From the human T2T-CHM13v2.0 reference genome, Homo sapiens, in assembly GCF_009914755.1 (NCBI RefSeq), contig NC_060933.1: DNA of 64,000 bases. One strand, given 5' to 3'. The first letter of the stretch is position 1; the number at the start of each line of letters is the position of its first letter. The position numbers and the translations under genes are program-made. Below the pieces are notes generated by a model, which saw only the letters and a list, made by a program, of their open reading frames with translations, searched no databases and had not been told where the DNA came from. Shown here piece by piece: positions 1 to 13,097 of this stretch.

Positions 1-142
1 GGGCATGGTAGCTAATGCCTGTGGTCCCCACTACTCAGGAGGCTGAGGTGGAATCATCACTTGAGCCCAGGAGTTTGAGGCTGCAGTGAGCTATGATGGT
101 GCCAATGCACTCCATCCTGGGTGACAGGGCAAGACCTTATCA

Positions 143-181
<39 letters not shown>

Positions 182-183
182 AT
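1..183 (+). mobile_element. Alu (AluJ-like right arm, cut by the window edge) with (TAAA)n tail
   Basis: Alu right-arm sequence followed by (AATA)n. Confidence 0.9.
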
Positions 184-614
184 GTATTTTCACATTTATC
201 ATCTAACTTCAACCTCAGAAGTAAATGCCATTTTCTGTTCCACCATCTTACGTGTGCCAGAGATTTCCACACAAGTGGGTGACTACTTGAAAAGTCAATC
301 CACATAACTCGAAGATTCTCTGATGCTCACTCTCCTCCCTACCCAAGATCCCCAATCTCTTGTCTTTCTCAGCTTCTTGACTCCAAATTTCCAAATGCTC
401 CTATGAATCTGAAAAACCTGGTTTTTGGCCTTCTTGTCCCATTTCGTACCCTGCCCTGCACCTCCATTCCACCCTCAGGCCATAATGTGCAGCTTTGTTC
501 ATCAGCCTCATGAAACCAAAGAAAAGAGCATGTCCTTGCATAGGACATTCTCCTACTCCAGGACATGTGGCCGAGTCTGCCCTTTGCCTAGACTCTGCCC
601 ATTTGTGAATGAGG

Positions 615-740
615 ATAATACATTATCCCCCACCTTCCAGATGAGGAAACTGAGGCAGGAGGCCTGGTGGCTTGAAAAGGTCACCATAGTGGTAAAGCCT
701 GAACTGGACAATGGGTCTTGGCCCCAAAGTCCATGTTGTT
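615..740 (-). mobile_element. MIR fragment
   Basis: Core CAGATGAGGAAACTGAGGC. Confidence 0.7.
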
Positions 741-746
741 TCCCTA

Positions 747-1457
747 CAGCAATGCTTCTCGAATGTCAATGTACACTTGCAAGGTCAGTTACATAATTTG
801 TGGGGACCAGTGCCAAACAAAAATGCTGCATCCCTTGATCAAAAAGCAAGAAGAAAGCTTTTTCCTTTCTTCTTAGGTCTCTCTCTGGACTTGTTGGGGT
901 GTTTTTTCATTTGCTACTTAACATTGATTGGGTTCCTTCTGCACAGGGATATTCTCAGGGCAAGCGCAGACCCTCAAAGGTGCCCAGAGCCTCACTGGCA
1001 ATTGGGCATATGGGGCACACACACCCCACTCCACCTTCCTCATACCCTCTTGCAAGTCCCCATCCCTGCCAGAAGCAGAGGGTGGCAATGAATATTGGGT
1101 GGAAGTGGAAGAGTCAGCGGTCATCCTGGCAGGGGATGGGACCACACATTAACTGCTCCAGTATCCCATGGGACTTCACTAGCAAAAAACAGATTCAAAA
1201 ACAAAATTATTAAGAATGCCAAGAAGGTGACCACAGAACACTAAACCCTAAGCACAGGGCACCCCTTCTGAGTGCAGGACCCTGTGCAGTGACTGCTCAC
1301 ACATCCATGAAGCCAGCCCTGTGCACATGAATTACCTGGGAATATTGTTAAAATGCACATTCTGATTCAAGAGGTCTGGAGTGCCCTGTACATTTCTAAC
1401 CAGGTCCTGGGGGAGGCTAAAACTGCTGGTCCTCAAATTATACTTGAGTAGCAAGGT
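747..1457. mobile_element. MER5-type hAT element interrupted by a MER45-type hAT element (780-1321)
   Basis: MER5 termini and body; the insert ends ...CATGAAGCCAGCCCTG and has a degenerate 8-bp TSD (TACACTTG/TGCACATG). Confidence 0.65.
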
Positions 1458-2023
1458 CCTACACCACAAGTTGCATTTTGTAATGTGTTTATTATGTCAG
1501 ATCCAATTACAAACTTTTTACGTCTTTCATTATTCAAATAAGGCAGCCATGAAAATAAGCACTAAATACAAGCCACTATCTATTGTGTCTTTAAAATGTG
1601 ACAAGTCAGAAGTAGCAAATCTATTCACATTCATAGTATCTGCCTGCCTGGGTTTAAAGACTTCATATAGATAGAGGCATGGAAAGGTGCTTATGCATAT
1701 ACCGATGTCACTCAGGTGGCCACACAAAAGGCTGCCTAACTCCTCCCGAGTAGGCAACGCTCTCCATGTTCAGAGGGGCCAACTGTTGAAAAAAGTCAAG
1801 TAAAATTTTCGAAAAAAGGAGTAAGTGCCCATTTCTTCAGCTCATGGATGGAAACGACAGCTGAATGGTTTGAGTTTTTAAAAGTATACTTTTTCAGGAA
1901 TGGCAGCACCCTGTATTCAAATAGAGAGAAGGAGAAAGATTTCTCTGAACTCCTATAGCAAAAGATCTAAGACCGTGGGGTCCTATTCAGTGTAAAACCA
2001 CACAGCACATAAAGAATGAGATT

Positions 2024-2357
2024 GGGCAGAGCATGGTGGGTCACAACTGTAATCCCAGCACTTTGGGAGGCCGAGGTGGAAGGATCGTTTGAGCCTAGGA
2101 GTTTGAGACCATCCTGGGCAACACAACAAGATCCCATCTCTACAAAAATTAAAAAAAAAAAAAAGCCAGGTGTGGTGATACACCCCTGTGGTCTCAGCTA
2201 CATGGGAGGCTGAGGTGGGAGGATCACTTGAGCCCAGCAGTTCAAGGCTGCAGTGAGCTATGATCGTGCTACTGCACTCTGGCCTGGGGGACAGAGCAAG
2301 ACCCAGTCTCTATAAATAAATAAGCAAGTAAGTAAATAAATAAATAAATATTTTTAA
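2024..2357 (+). mobile_element. AluJ-like
   Basis: Full dimer; TSD AAAGAATGAGAT at 2011-2022 and 2358-2369. Confidence 0.93.
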
Positions 2358-2548
2358 AAAGAATGAGATCACCAGCAAACTGAGCCTTGATGTCTTCATA
2401 CCTAAAATGGGGCCGATTACCCCATCTCATAGGATGCTGCCTTTAATCAAATCACATGAGATAATCAATATGAAAGTTTGTGAACTACAAAGTACTGTAC
2501 AAGTCCAAGGCTGTTCCCCTTTAACCACCTTAGAAAATGCTACAGGTT

Positions 2549-3174
<626 letters not shown>

Positions 3175-3761
3175 CTATAGGTGACTAATGAAAGTTCCAT
3201 TTCTGCTTCATGTCCTGTAGCATTTGAAGTGGGGAAGGGTACTAATGGAGTAGATTCTTTTAAAGATGTAATGTTATAAGACTGAAACCCCCTTTTATAA
3301 TTGGAACAAATCACGCCTCCGATTGAGTAATACTTGGAAATGCATCATCAATTTGATTTATACAAAGCATCAATAAATCATACAAACTGGACCCTGTGTA
3401 GCTCAGAGAGTAAACAAAAGTAAACATTGTGTTTCACCTGACTTGTTGGCAAGACAAAATGAAAACTCTGGCTACCTCAACTGGAATAATGTCTTTGGTC
3501 TCTGGCTGTTTGGTTATTTTTGGAAACTTTTATGGAATATTAACTTCATTTGCTCTAATTCTGCAGGAAGCCACATTGGAAGTGCAAGAAAATATAAATG
3601 ATTAAAAAGCAGAAGTGAAAAAAAAATAACCACGGATTTTGCCCCAACCTTCTTTAGGTAATATATTAACTGCATCTCTTCAAAATTGCAGGACCCCAAT
3701 CTCCACTATTATCCCAGTTCTAACATGGCTGCATTCAACACGGTACACACACTGGTGTTAG

Positions 3762-4151
3762 CAGACTTTTTTCATTGTCTGTTGTTTTCCCAGAGATAAA
3801 CCTAAGTAAAGGAAATACTTTTCCTAAGTATAGGAAAGTAACATTTTAAATCAGTGTATTTTAAAATCTATGATGTGGCAGTGGAGAAAAACACACAGCT
3901 AGCTAACCAACTGACCAAGCAAGCTCTAACCTAAGCTCTAGATTAAAACCAATTGAAATAGCCAAACACAAACAGTAAAAAATAAACATGAAACTTGATG
4001 TATTATTTAAAGTACATTAAGTTTTTGACTTCCCAGGTTCTCACAATACATTATCTTTCTTAAACCAGGTCTTTACAAGAGACACCAACCTTAAGTGACA
4101 CAAAAGAGTTTTTTAATCCCAATTAGTTTGGTGTCCTTTGTTGATATTATT
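3762..4151 (+). repeat. Inverted duplication, copy 1 (source)
   Basis: Its reverse complement aligns to 6050-6432. Confidence 0.93.
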
Positions 4152-5607
4152 CTGTCTTTTTTGTCTGACCAACAATAATGAATAACCCACAAACGCTAAT
4201 GAATAACTAACTCCCTTTGTCTCCAAGGACAGCAGAGCCCAGCAAGAAATGTCAGAAGCCCTGAAGTAAAATAAAAACTCTTATAATGAAAATCTTCCCA
4301 ATTATATACTCCTCCGGGTACTACAAATGTAAAATTGTCTTAAATATTTAAATAGTTGTGTCAAATGTACTTAAAGTGGGGATCATAAAGCTGATTTCCC
4401 AGACGCTGTGAAAAATGCATTTCTACGAGTCAAATTACAATGAGTAACTGTTGGAGCAGGAAGTAGGGGAAATACAATATAACCGGGATCCTTCAAACAC
4501 AAATCCTAGCGAGACTAATAAGTTGCCAACTGCACCCTGTCCTGCCTGCTTACTCAGTGGCTCAGATACATAGGAACACATTCACCTCCGCTCATTAAAA
4601 ATTTACATGTAGTAAGTGATCAATTTTTAAACTAATTTCTATTATCTTAGAAACATAAAACTAAAAGTAACTCTTCCTTGTCGTAGACAGAGCAAAAAAA
4701 ATACACTGATGTTGCTGAAAACACTGACAAGTGTGCAACAAGATAGTGTGACGAAGAACTCAGTAATGTTGTATTTTAATTGGAACTCACTATCTTTCTC
4801 TAATATATTTCCTAACTCTGTCCGTAGAAAAGGCTTACAAGCAATGACATCCCACAGTCAACAAGAACACCCTTTCAGCCAGTTTTCCAGATATTCCCCA
4901 CTAAGAGGGACTTGAGCTTCTTGGGAAAATGCATGATTCCAGGTATGGGGCACGCAAATAAAAGTGAGCCTAGAACATCTTGTTATGCCTGTAAGCAAGG
5001 AAGTACTTAATGGGAACATGTCATAAAGACACAAGAATTGACTTCAAGGGGCTCCCACTGGTCAAATTTGGGACAGTTTGAGCATCACAAAGAATAATGA
5101 TGGTAATGAATTCTAACAGAATAACTTAAAAAAAATCCATGAGTGATTCTGTAGTGATTCACAAAAAGAGAAGGGAGAGAAACTCCTCTCTCTAGAAGAA
5201 TACCAGCTAATAAACATAGCAGGAATAAAAGAATCAGAAAATCACCACTATGCAACCAACCATGTAAAAACTGATTCTGACAAGTATCATCAATGGATGC
5301 TATGAAAGATTGTTGGAGGACAAGATATTCGCACAAGGTTACTTATACATTTTGAAAGAGAAAGTGTCCTTCACAATGCAGAGATCTGGTAACACCACCT
5401 TAGCCAGGTGATCAAATATAGCATCACAAATACTAGGATGAAGCAGCATTCAGTGCTTCTGGGTATAATGCAATGTGTGGTACACAAATCACCTTCATAG
5501 TGTTCTTGTCAAAAATATTTAACCTGAATCCAATCATGAAGAAATTATCAGACAAACCAGAGTGTGGAACAAGACAACTCACCTGAACTCTTTAAAAATA
5601 TCAGCGT

Positions 5608-5907
5608 GGCTGGGCACGGTGGCTCATGCCTGTAATCCCAGCACTTTGGGAGGCTGAGGCAGGTGGATCATGAGGTCAGGAGTTCAAGACCAGCCTGGCC
5701 AAGATGGTGAAACCCCATCTCTAATAAAAATATAAAAGTTGCCTGGCGTGGTGGCAGGCACCTGTAATCCCAGCTACTCATGAGGCTGAGGCAGAGAACT
5801 GCTTGAACCCAGGAGGCAGAGGTTGCAGTGAGCCGAGATCGCGCCACTGCACTCCAGCCTGGGCGACAGAGCAAGACTCCATCTCAAAAAAAAAAAAAAA
5901 AAAAAAA

Positions 5908-5960
<53 letters not shown>

Positions 5961-5989
5961 ACATATTATATATATTTTATATTATATAT
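5608..5989 (+). mobile_element. AluS with its tail expanded into an A/(TA)n/(CA)n compound microsatellite
   Basis: TSD ATATCAGCGT at 5598-5607 and 5990-5999. Confidence 0.93.
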
Positions 5990-6049
5990 ATATCAGCGTT
6001 TTTTTTAATGAAACACAAAGAAAGGTAGAGGAACTGGAAGAAAAAAAAC

Positions 6050-6432
6050 AATAATATCAACAAAGGACACCAAACTAATTGGGATTAAAAAACTCTTTTG
6101 TGTCACTTAAGGGTGGTGTCTCTTGTGAAGACCTGGTTTAAGAAAAATAATGTATTGTGAAAACCTGGGAGGCTGAAAAATTAATGTACTTTAAATAATA
6201 CATCAAGTTTCATGTTTATTTTTTACTGTCTGTGGTTGGATATTTCAACTGGTGTTAACCTAGAGCTTAGATTAGAGCTTGTTTGGTCAGTCGGTTTGCT
6301 AGCTGTGTGTTTTTCTCCACTGCCACATCATTAATTTTAAAATACTGATACTAGTTTAAAATGTTATTTTCCTGTATCATTCCTTTACTTAGGTTTATCC
6401 CTGAGAATACCACAGACAATGAAAAAAGTCTG
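6050..6432 (-). repeat. Inverted duplication, copy 2 (inserted in L1M)
   Basis: About 85-90% identity to 3762-4151 by manual alignment, including a 63-nt perfect stretch. Confidence 0.93.
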
Positions 6433-6610
6433 GTGAAGTAGGCTAAAGAGATATGACAACCAAAGGTAATATATGATCTTTGATTAGAAAAAAAAAACAG
6501 CTATAAAGGACAATTAGATAATATCATAAATCTGATATAATAATTTATATCATATTAATAATGTAAGTAGAATGAAATAAAAAATAATATAAAATTGAAA
6601 TATGGATTAC

Positions 6611-6917
6611 TATTTATTTATTTATGTTTGAGGCAGGGTCTCACTCTGTCACCCAGGCTTGAGTGCAGTGGCACAATCATGGCTCACCGCAGCCTCAAAC
6701 TCCTGGACTCAAGTGATCCTCCCACCTCGGCCTCCCGCATAGCTGCGTCAACAGGCACATGCCAACACACCCAGCTAATTATTTTATTTTTTGTAGAGAG
6801 AGAGGGGTCTCACTTTGTTGCCCAGACTGGTCTTGAGCTCCTGGCCTCAAGCCATCCGCCCACCGTGGCATCCCAAAGTGCTGGGACTACAGGTGTGAGC
6901 CACATGCCAGCCTGGGC
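6611..6917 (-). mobile_element. AluJ-like
   Basis: Antisense Alu dimer with (TTTA)n tail. Confidence 0.9.
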
Positions 6918-7514
6918 TGTATTTTAAAATGTAACTATATATAAATAATACTTTGTATGAAAATTAACTTTCTTGGTTATGATTAATATATTTTGGTTAT
7001 ATAACATGAAAGATACTGGCTTAGGAATTTGGAGGTCACAATGTCTGCAACTTACTTTCAAGTGGTTCACCTTACTTGAGAGAGATAAAAGAGGCAAAAT
7101 GCAAAAAAAAGTTAAATGCAGTATAATACAACACAAAACAGCAGAAGGCCAGATCAAACTTTAAAAAATGATAAATTCAGCGTCAAAGAATGAATTGTAT
7201 TTAAGAAATAAGTTATGCAATGATTGGTTAATTTAAATGGGAATAGCTGGGTAGGGCACCTGGGAAAGCTGTTTGAAGAGGAACAGATCTGGGAGGAGTT
7301 GTTCTTTTTCTCTTTTGCCTTTTATCCTCTTCCTTCCTCCTCACTCTTCTCAGAAGGCAGACTAGATAGCTGGAGCTGGAATGAGGCAAATGTTGTGCAA
7401 TCTAGAAGAAGACTAAAGAAAGCTCCACGATCTTGGACCAGAGAGAGCGGAGTGGCCAACCACTAGCAGCAAGCACCTACTGCAGTCTTCTCTGTATAAT
7501 AAAAATAAACTCCT

Positions 7515-8552
7515 ACTACAAAAGTTCCCAACTGTTCTCAGTTCATAGCATGCTCAGTGTTTCAGTAATTTTTTCATGGTTCCCCTAGGCCAAAAGAAAC
7601 ACCTAAAGTTGCATTTATCAAGTAGTTAGGTGTAAACAACTCAATAACATGTATGTACTAACAGCTTATTAGTCGTTTGAAAAAATAATACAAATAAATT
7701 AAAAGAAAAATAGTATTTTTATTTCATTCTTAAACAACCACAAATACTAATGGGATGTGTGTTAAATTGTGCACTCTAGTGTTTCTCAAATTTTGGAGTA
7801 AGATTGGACACCATCACCCGTTCCACGTTGATTTTCACTTAGTATTTGCTCTTTTAAAATTGTGGTAAAATATATACAGCATAAAAGCGATCGTCTTAAT
7901 CATTTGTAAGTATACAGTTCGGTGGCATTAAGTACATTCACATTATTGTGCAACCATCACCATTACCCATCTCCAAAACTTTCCATCCTCACCAACTGAA
8001 GCTCTGTACCCATCAAACACTAACTCCTCATGCCCCCTTCTCCCCAACTCCCAGCAACCACCACTCTTTCTGACTATATGAATTTGACCATTCCAGGAAC
8101 TTCATACAAAAGGAATCATACAATACGTGTCCTTTTGTGACTGGTGCATTTCATTTAGCATAATTTCCTCAAAGATCATCCATGTTGTGGCATGTGTCAG
8201 AACTTCCTTTCTTTTTCAGGCTAAATAATATGCCATTGTATGTATATACCACATTGGGTTGTTTCTTCCTTTTGGCTATCATAAATAATGCTGCTGTGGA
8301 CATGGGTGTCAAAAGTACTTGCTGCTTCTAAATCACAATTACTGAAAATGGAGCTTCTCAAAGATATGATGTCACCAAAAGGAACATAGTGCAACTTACT
8401 GTTAAAACTGTCAACCTCCTCAAGCTAGTAGTTTGCCTGGTGTCCAAAGGATATCACATATCCCTGTTTCCTTCTAAATTTAAAATACCCTGTGACTCCC
8501 AAAGTTCACTGTGGCACTCCAGTGACCTTTAACACACTGTTTGGGAACCACA
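7515..8552. mobile_element. hAT-Charlie element (MER119-like) interrupted by an antisense L1MB 3' fragment (7851-8313)
   Basis: TIR-like TTCCCAA.../...TTGGGAACCAC ends; L1MB-type sequence flanked by TSD AGTA(T/C)TTGCT. Confidence 0.65.
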
Positions 8553-8834
8553 ATCTATGATATTAAAGCCACTGTTATTTGAGTTTTCAACTGAGCAGAA
8601 CTCAATTTTTAAATAATATAAATAATATCAAATGTATACTTCTCATGAGCCTTCCATCAAAGATTCTTCAGTCTTCAAGTCAGATGCTTGTCTGTGTAGC
8701 AATTCTTAGGCAACTTAACCTTTCTCCGTACACAGCTCTACGCTTCCCTAAGAGTTGCTATAATCACTTTCAAAGCTTAGAAAATGCATTTTCTTAGCCG
8801 CCGTGTAAACTGTACCTTGCCCCAAAGCAATGAT

Positions 8835-9415
8835 ACTGCTTTGGTTAAAATTTATGTGTCAACTTGACTGGGCCACTTGGTGCCCCAATATTAGGTCCAA
8901 CACTACTCTGGGCATTTCTATGAGGGTGTTTTTGGGTAAGATTAACATTTAGTCAGTACACTGAGTAAAACATATTGCCCTCCCTAATGTGGGTGGTTCT
9001 CAGCCCATCAGTTGAAGTCCTGAATAGAACAAGGTTGACCCTCGCCCCCGACAAGAGAAAATTCTTCCTGCCTGATTGCCTTCCAACTGGGACACTGGCT
9101 TTTTCCTTGCCTTTAACTTCAAACTGGAACATCAGCTCTTCCTGGATCTTGAGCCTGGCAGCCTTCAGACAGGGACTACATCGTGGGTTCTCCTAGTTCT
9201 CAGGCCTTCAGACTCAGACTGCAATGAAACCATTGGCTCTCCTGGGTCTCCAGCTGATTGACTCTCCCTGTAGATCCTGGAACCTGCCACTCTCCATAAT
9301 CCCAAGGGCCAATTTCTTATAACAAATTTCTTTATATATATACACACACACACAAATATACACATGTAGATATGTATCCTATTTGTCTATTTCTCTGGAA
9401 AACCCTAATTAATAA
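8835..9415 (+). mobile_element. MLT2 (ERVL) solo LTR
   Basis: Starts ...GGTTAAAATTTATGTGTCAACTTGACTGGGCC and ends ...CTCTGGAAAACCCTAATTAATA. Confidence 0.8.
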
Positions 9416-9845
9416 ACCCACAAGAGTCCCATGTTCCATCAGCGTCCTCAAAATGGATCCAAACTCCTTGGCACATCATTCATGGCCCTTCCTCTGGCTT
9501 CTGCTGATTCTTCTCCAGCTTCATCTCTTACCACGGTTTTCTGTACCCCTACCTATGTGGAACCAGGTGCAAGTCCATGACATGCACCAGGATTTCTTCC
9601 CTCCAAGTTTTGAGTGCATTTTTCTCCCTTCCCAGAATAAGTCCCAGACAACCCCCTCCATGCAAATATATGCGTGCACACACAAACACATACACACACA
9701 CACACACACACAGGAATGCACTTTGCATGATTGCAAAGCTAGCTCTTTACCTTCCAAGTATCTGCCTATATAGCACAGGCCAGGAACCCTTCTATGTGGC
9801 CATATCATTCTGAGTGTATCCCTACCGGAGTCCTTACTGTGCTGT

Positions 9846-10165
<320 letters not shown>

Positions 10166-11218
10166 TAGTTTAACTGCCCACTTGTTTGTATGAATTATCC
10201 AACTCCTTGAGGGAAAGGACTATGCTTTATTGGCTATTGCATCTCCAGAACAGTGGCTCACCCATAATATACGCTCAATAATTATTTGTAGAGTAAATGA
10301 TCAAAGTTCAAATAATCCTAGATCACCATCCTCAACCAGTTATTGGCTTAGTATAGGAATTGTCAACCAAAATCTGGAAGAAACGATACATTCAGCCACT
10401 TCTTGCACCATCTAGACCACTGATGGTATCTAAGCTCCAAAGCTACAGGTGATAATAATACAGCTGTCCTCTACCCCTCATTTGTGCCTATGCATGTGCC
10501 AACCATGCAGATCCAGGAGGAGCACTGTAAGCTAGGAAGCTGAGCAAGGAAACAAAAAGCCACAGGGAAGAGAATCAAGAAGCAGCACTACTTCTGACAG
10601 GCATTTCAAGGTGTATCAACCCTGAGAATTCACTAGCACCTGAGGTTTTTTAAGAAAACATGGCTTTAATTACAGCCACTGCTGACCGCCATCAAAGTTA
10701 GTATTCCCAAGCTCCTTACTGGCTGGTGCCTCTGAAGTTACTTACTCTTTCTAGACCTTAGTTCCCTTATCAGTTAAATAACCATAGCATACAACTCAGT
10801 GCTGTTTGAGGAATAACTGAGACTACGTATTGGAAAGCACTTAACACGGTGCCTGACATATGCTGAGTTATGATACAATAAAGGCAAGTTATTAATATTA
10901 TCACCATTATTAGTGTCAGTCAGGATTGCAAACACAAGTACATATAAAAGCAAGCTACGGTTCACTAGTCAAGCATGCGCTAAAAGGCTTTATCGGGCCT
11001 CAACCCCTGAAAATCTGAACACCTAAATTTAACAGGAGGGAACTTAACTTGCCACATCATGGACATAGCAACCTGACAATGAGCAACCTATTTTGGATGT
11101 AGCCCCAGGGAAACTTTTTCCTATACTTATGCTAAATATCAGTACCTCTAAGAAATAAAATGACTCAAAACTAATCTAGACCAAAAAAAAAGAAGAAGAA
11201 GAAAAATAAATAAATTAA

Positions 11219-11514
11219 GGCCTGGCACGGTGGCTCACGCCTGTAACCCTAGCACTTTGGGAGGCCAAGGCAGGCAGATCACTTGAGCTCAGGAGTTGGA
11301 GACCAGCCTGAGCAACATAACGAAATCCTGTCTCAAAAAAAAAAAAAGAAAAAAAAAATTAGCCAGGCGTTGTGGCACGCACCTGTGGTCCCAGCTACTT
11401 GGGGGACTGAAGCAGGAGGATCACTTGAACCCAGGAGGATGAGGCTGCAGTGAGACCAAGATCATGCCACTGTACTCCAGCCTGGGTGACAAAGTGATAC
11501 CCCGTCTCAAAAAA
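11219..11514 (+). mobile_element. AluJ-like
   Basis: Sense Alu dimer. Confidence 0.92.
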
Positions 11515-12627
11515 TTTTCTAATTTAAAAGGCACATGTATGTTTAGTGCTATTTTTTTTTTAAACCTGCCCATTTATACCAATTTATCCAAACACAGAAA
11601 TACACAGACTCTAAAACAACTTTTTGGCTACTTGACTGATAGAAATCATTATTCACCTTAATTAACTGAATGACTGGCTATTCTGAAGGTTGCTAGTAAT
11701 TCTATTTGCTGGTGTAAGCATTTTTAACATAAACATTTAAGACGGAATGCTAAAAATACCTTAAGGAATATATAATTGTGCTATTTTATACAGCAAAGCT
11801 ATATTTTACGTGGGGTGCATGCTCTTTCTCTAAATACATACGTCATCTACAATATAACCTCATTAATTCAACATCAATTTCTAATGTGTCGCTCAAATAA
11901 CTTGCTATTCACCAACAATTATTCTTTAATTTAAAATATATGGTAATTAAAACACTAATGAATTAAAAGCACATTCTCTCTATACTTCAAATTGACCAGG
12001 TTTTCTAGTTCTCCGCAAGCACAAAATACATCTTTTCATTATTCCCTTCTAGCTTGCTTCCCTCTTGCTACTAGCTATATGATAAAAATTACAGGCTTTG
12101 CTCTTAATTTTTCTTATTTATATTTATTGATTCCTCGTTTTATTGGTTATTAAAATTTCCCTTTTTTATTCTTTTCCTTCCAAACACCACCTTTCTTCTA
12201 CACTATACTTTTAGCACTGGCATAAGGACAGTTCCAGTCGGTCTTCTTGTCCATGGCCTGGAGAATTCAGCCCCCAGGGAAACAGGACAGAGCTACCTGT
12301 ATCCGGAGGGCATGATCTTGCTAACCTAGCTCTTACCCTTCCACCACAACCACTCAGCCTGCCTCCCTATTTTTTATCTTTCTATCTTACTGTTACTCTG
12401 TTTCACAGTCCCAGGAGATGTCTCATACTCAGCATTTACCACTGTGGTCCCCTCCAACACATACACACCCATTCCCTTACTGAGCAAGCTATATATCATT
12501 ATGAGACCATCATCTTTGACCCTGACACTGAATCATGTATTTTTCCATAGGATTTGCTGGCAGAAAATGGGATGGCGGAGAAAAAAATCGTTTCCATTTT
12601 TAAAAGGTTCCAGAAAGACAATCCTAC

Positions 12628-13015
12628 CTTTCCCAGGATTTGGAGGAAAAGGGCTTCCAAACTCCTGCTGCTTTGGCTTTAAAGTATGTGACCCTGACAT
12701 GCCTCCAGCCTGGGTGACCTGGAATCGCGGCTTCCCATTGGTGAGCATTTGTCTCCTGGGGCTTAAGGCAGGCAGATGGATGCGGCTCTCAGCCACGTTG
12801 TTCTGAGGAGCCATCCCTCCTCCTGAGGGCATCTTGAGATGGAGGTTGTTAGCAAGGCTTGCCATAGTGGGACTCGATGTGCTGCCACAGGGCGAGGGGC
12901 CAGGAGTCCCGGAGTGGGCTCGGATGGCAGGAATGTGATGACCACTGACCATCCTAGGCCCCTGTGGGGTTCCCGATGTCCGGTGGAGACTCATGCTGCA
13001 TGATCTTCCATTCAT
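12628..13015 (-). CDS. GLIS3: GLIS3 first coding exon (coding part of exon 2, residues 1-129 plus 1 nt); the CDS continues beyond the left end of the window
   Basis: The translation MNGRSCSMSLHRTSGTPQGPRMVSGHHIPAIRAHSG...EFGSPFPPNPGK is recognised as the N-terminus of the long GLIS3 isoform. ATG at 13015 has A at -3 and an upstream in-frame TAA at 13108-13106. Donor AAG|GTAGGA follows 12628 (388 coding nt, phase 1). Confidence 0.96.
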
Positions 13016-13070
13016 TCTGAAAAACCTGTGGCCAAGACGGTCAAATATCCAATGTCACTAATGACTCCTT

Positions 13071-13097
13071 TCAGGCAAAGTCCAATAAGTTATCCAT
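13071..13097 (-). promoter_or_regulatory. uORF MDNLLDFA* in the exon 2 5'UTR
   Basis: CACACC ATG GAT AAC TTA TTG GAC TTT GCC TGA; A at -3 and G at +4; ends 55 nt before the main ATG and is out of frame with it. Confidence 0.85.

Larger units (their letters stand above)
4900..7115 (+). mobile_element. Old L1 (L1MC-type) 3' region, interrupted by two Alus and the inverted duplication
   Basis: Characteristic GGGGCTCCCACTGG.CAAAT.TGGGACA and AACCTGAATC.AATCATGA motifs; similar to 44560-46050. Confidence 0.75.

Noticed and set aside
12533-13015. The 160-aa ORF as a complete standalone gene
   Set aside because: It is GLIS3 exon 2 read through the donor at 12628; kept only as a possible intronic-polyadenylation isoform.
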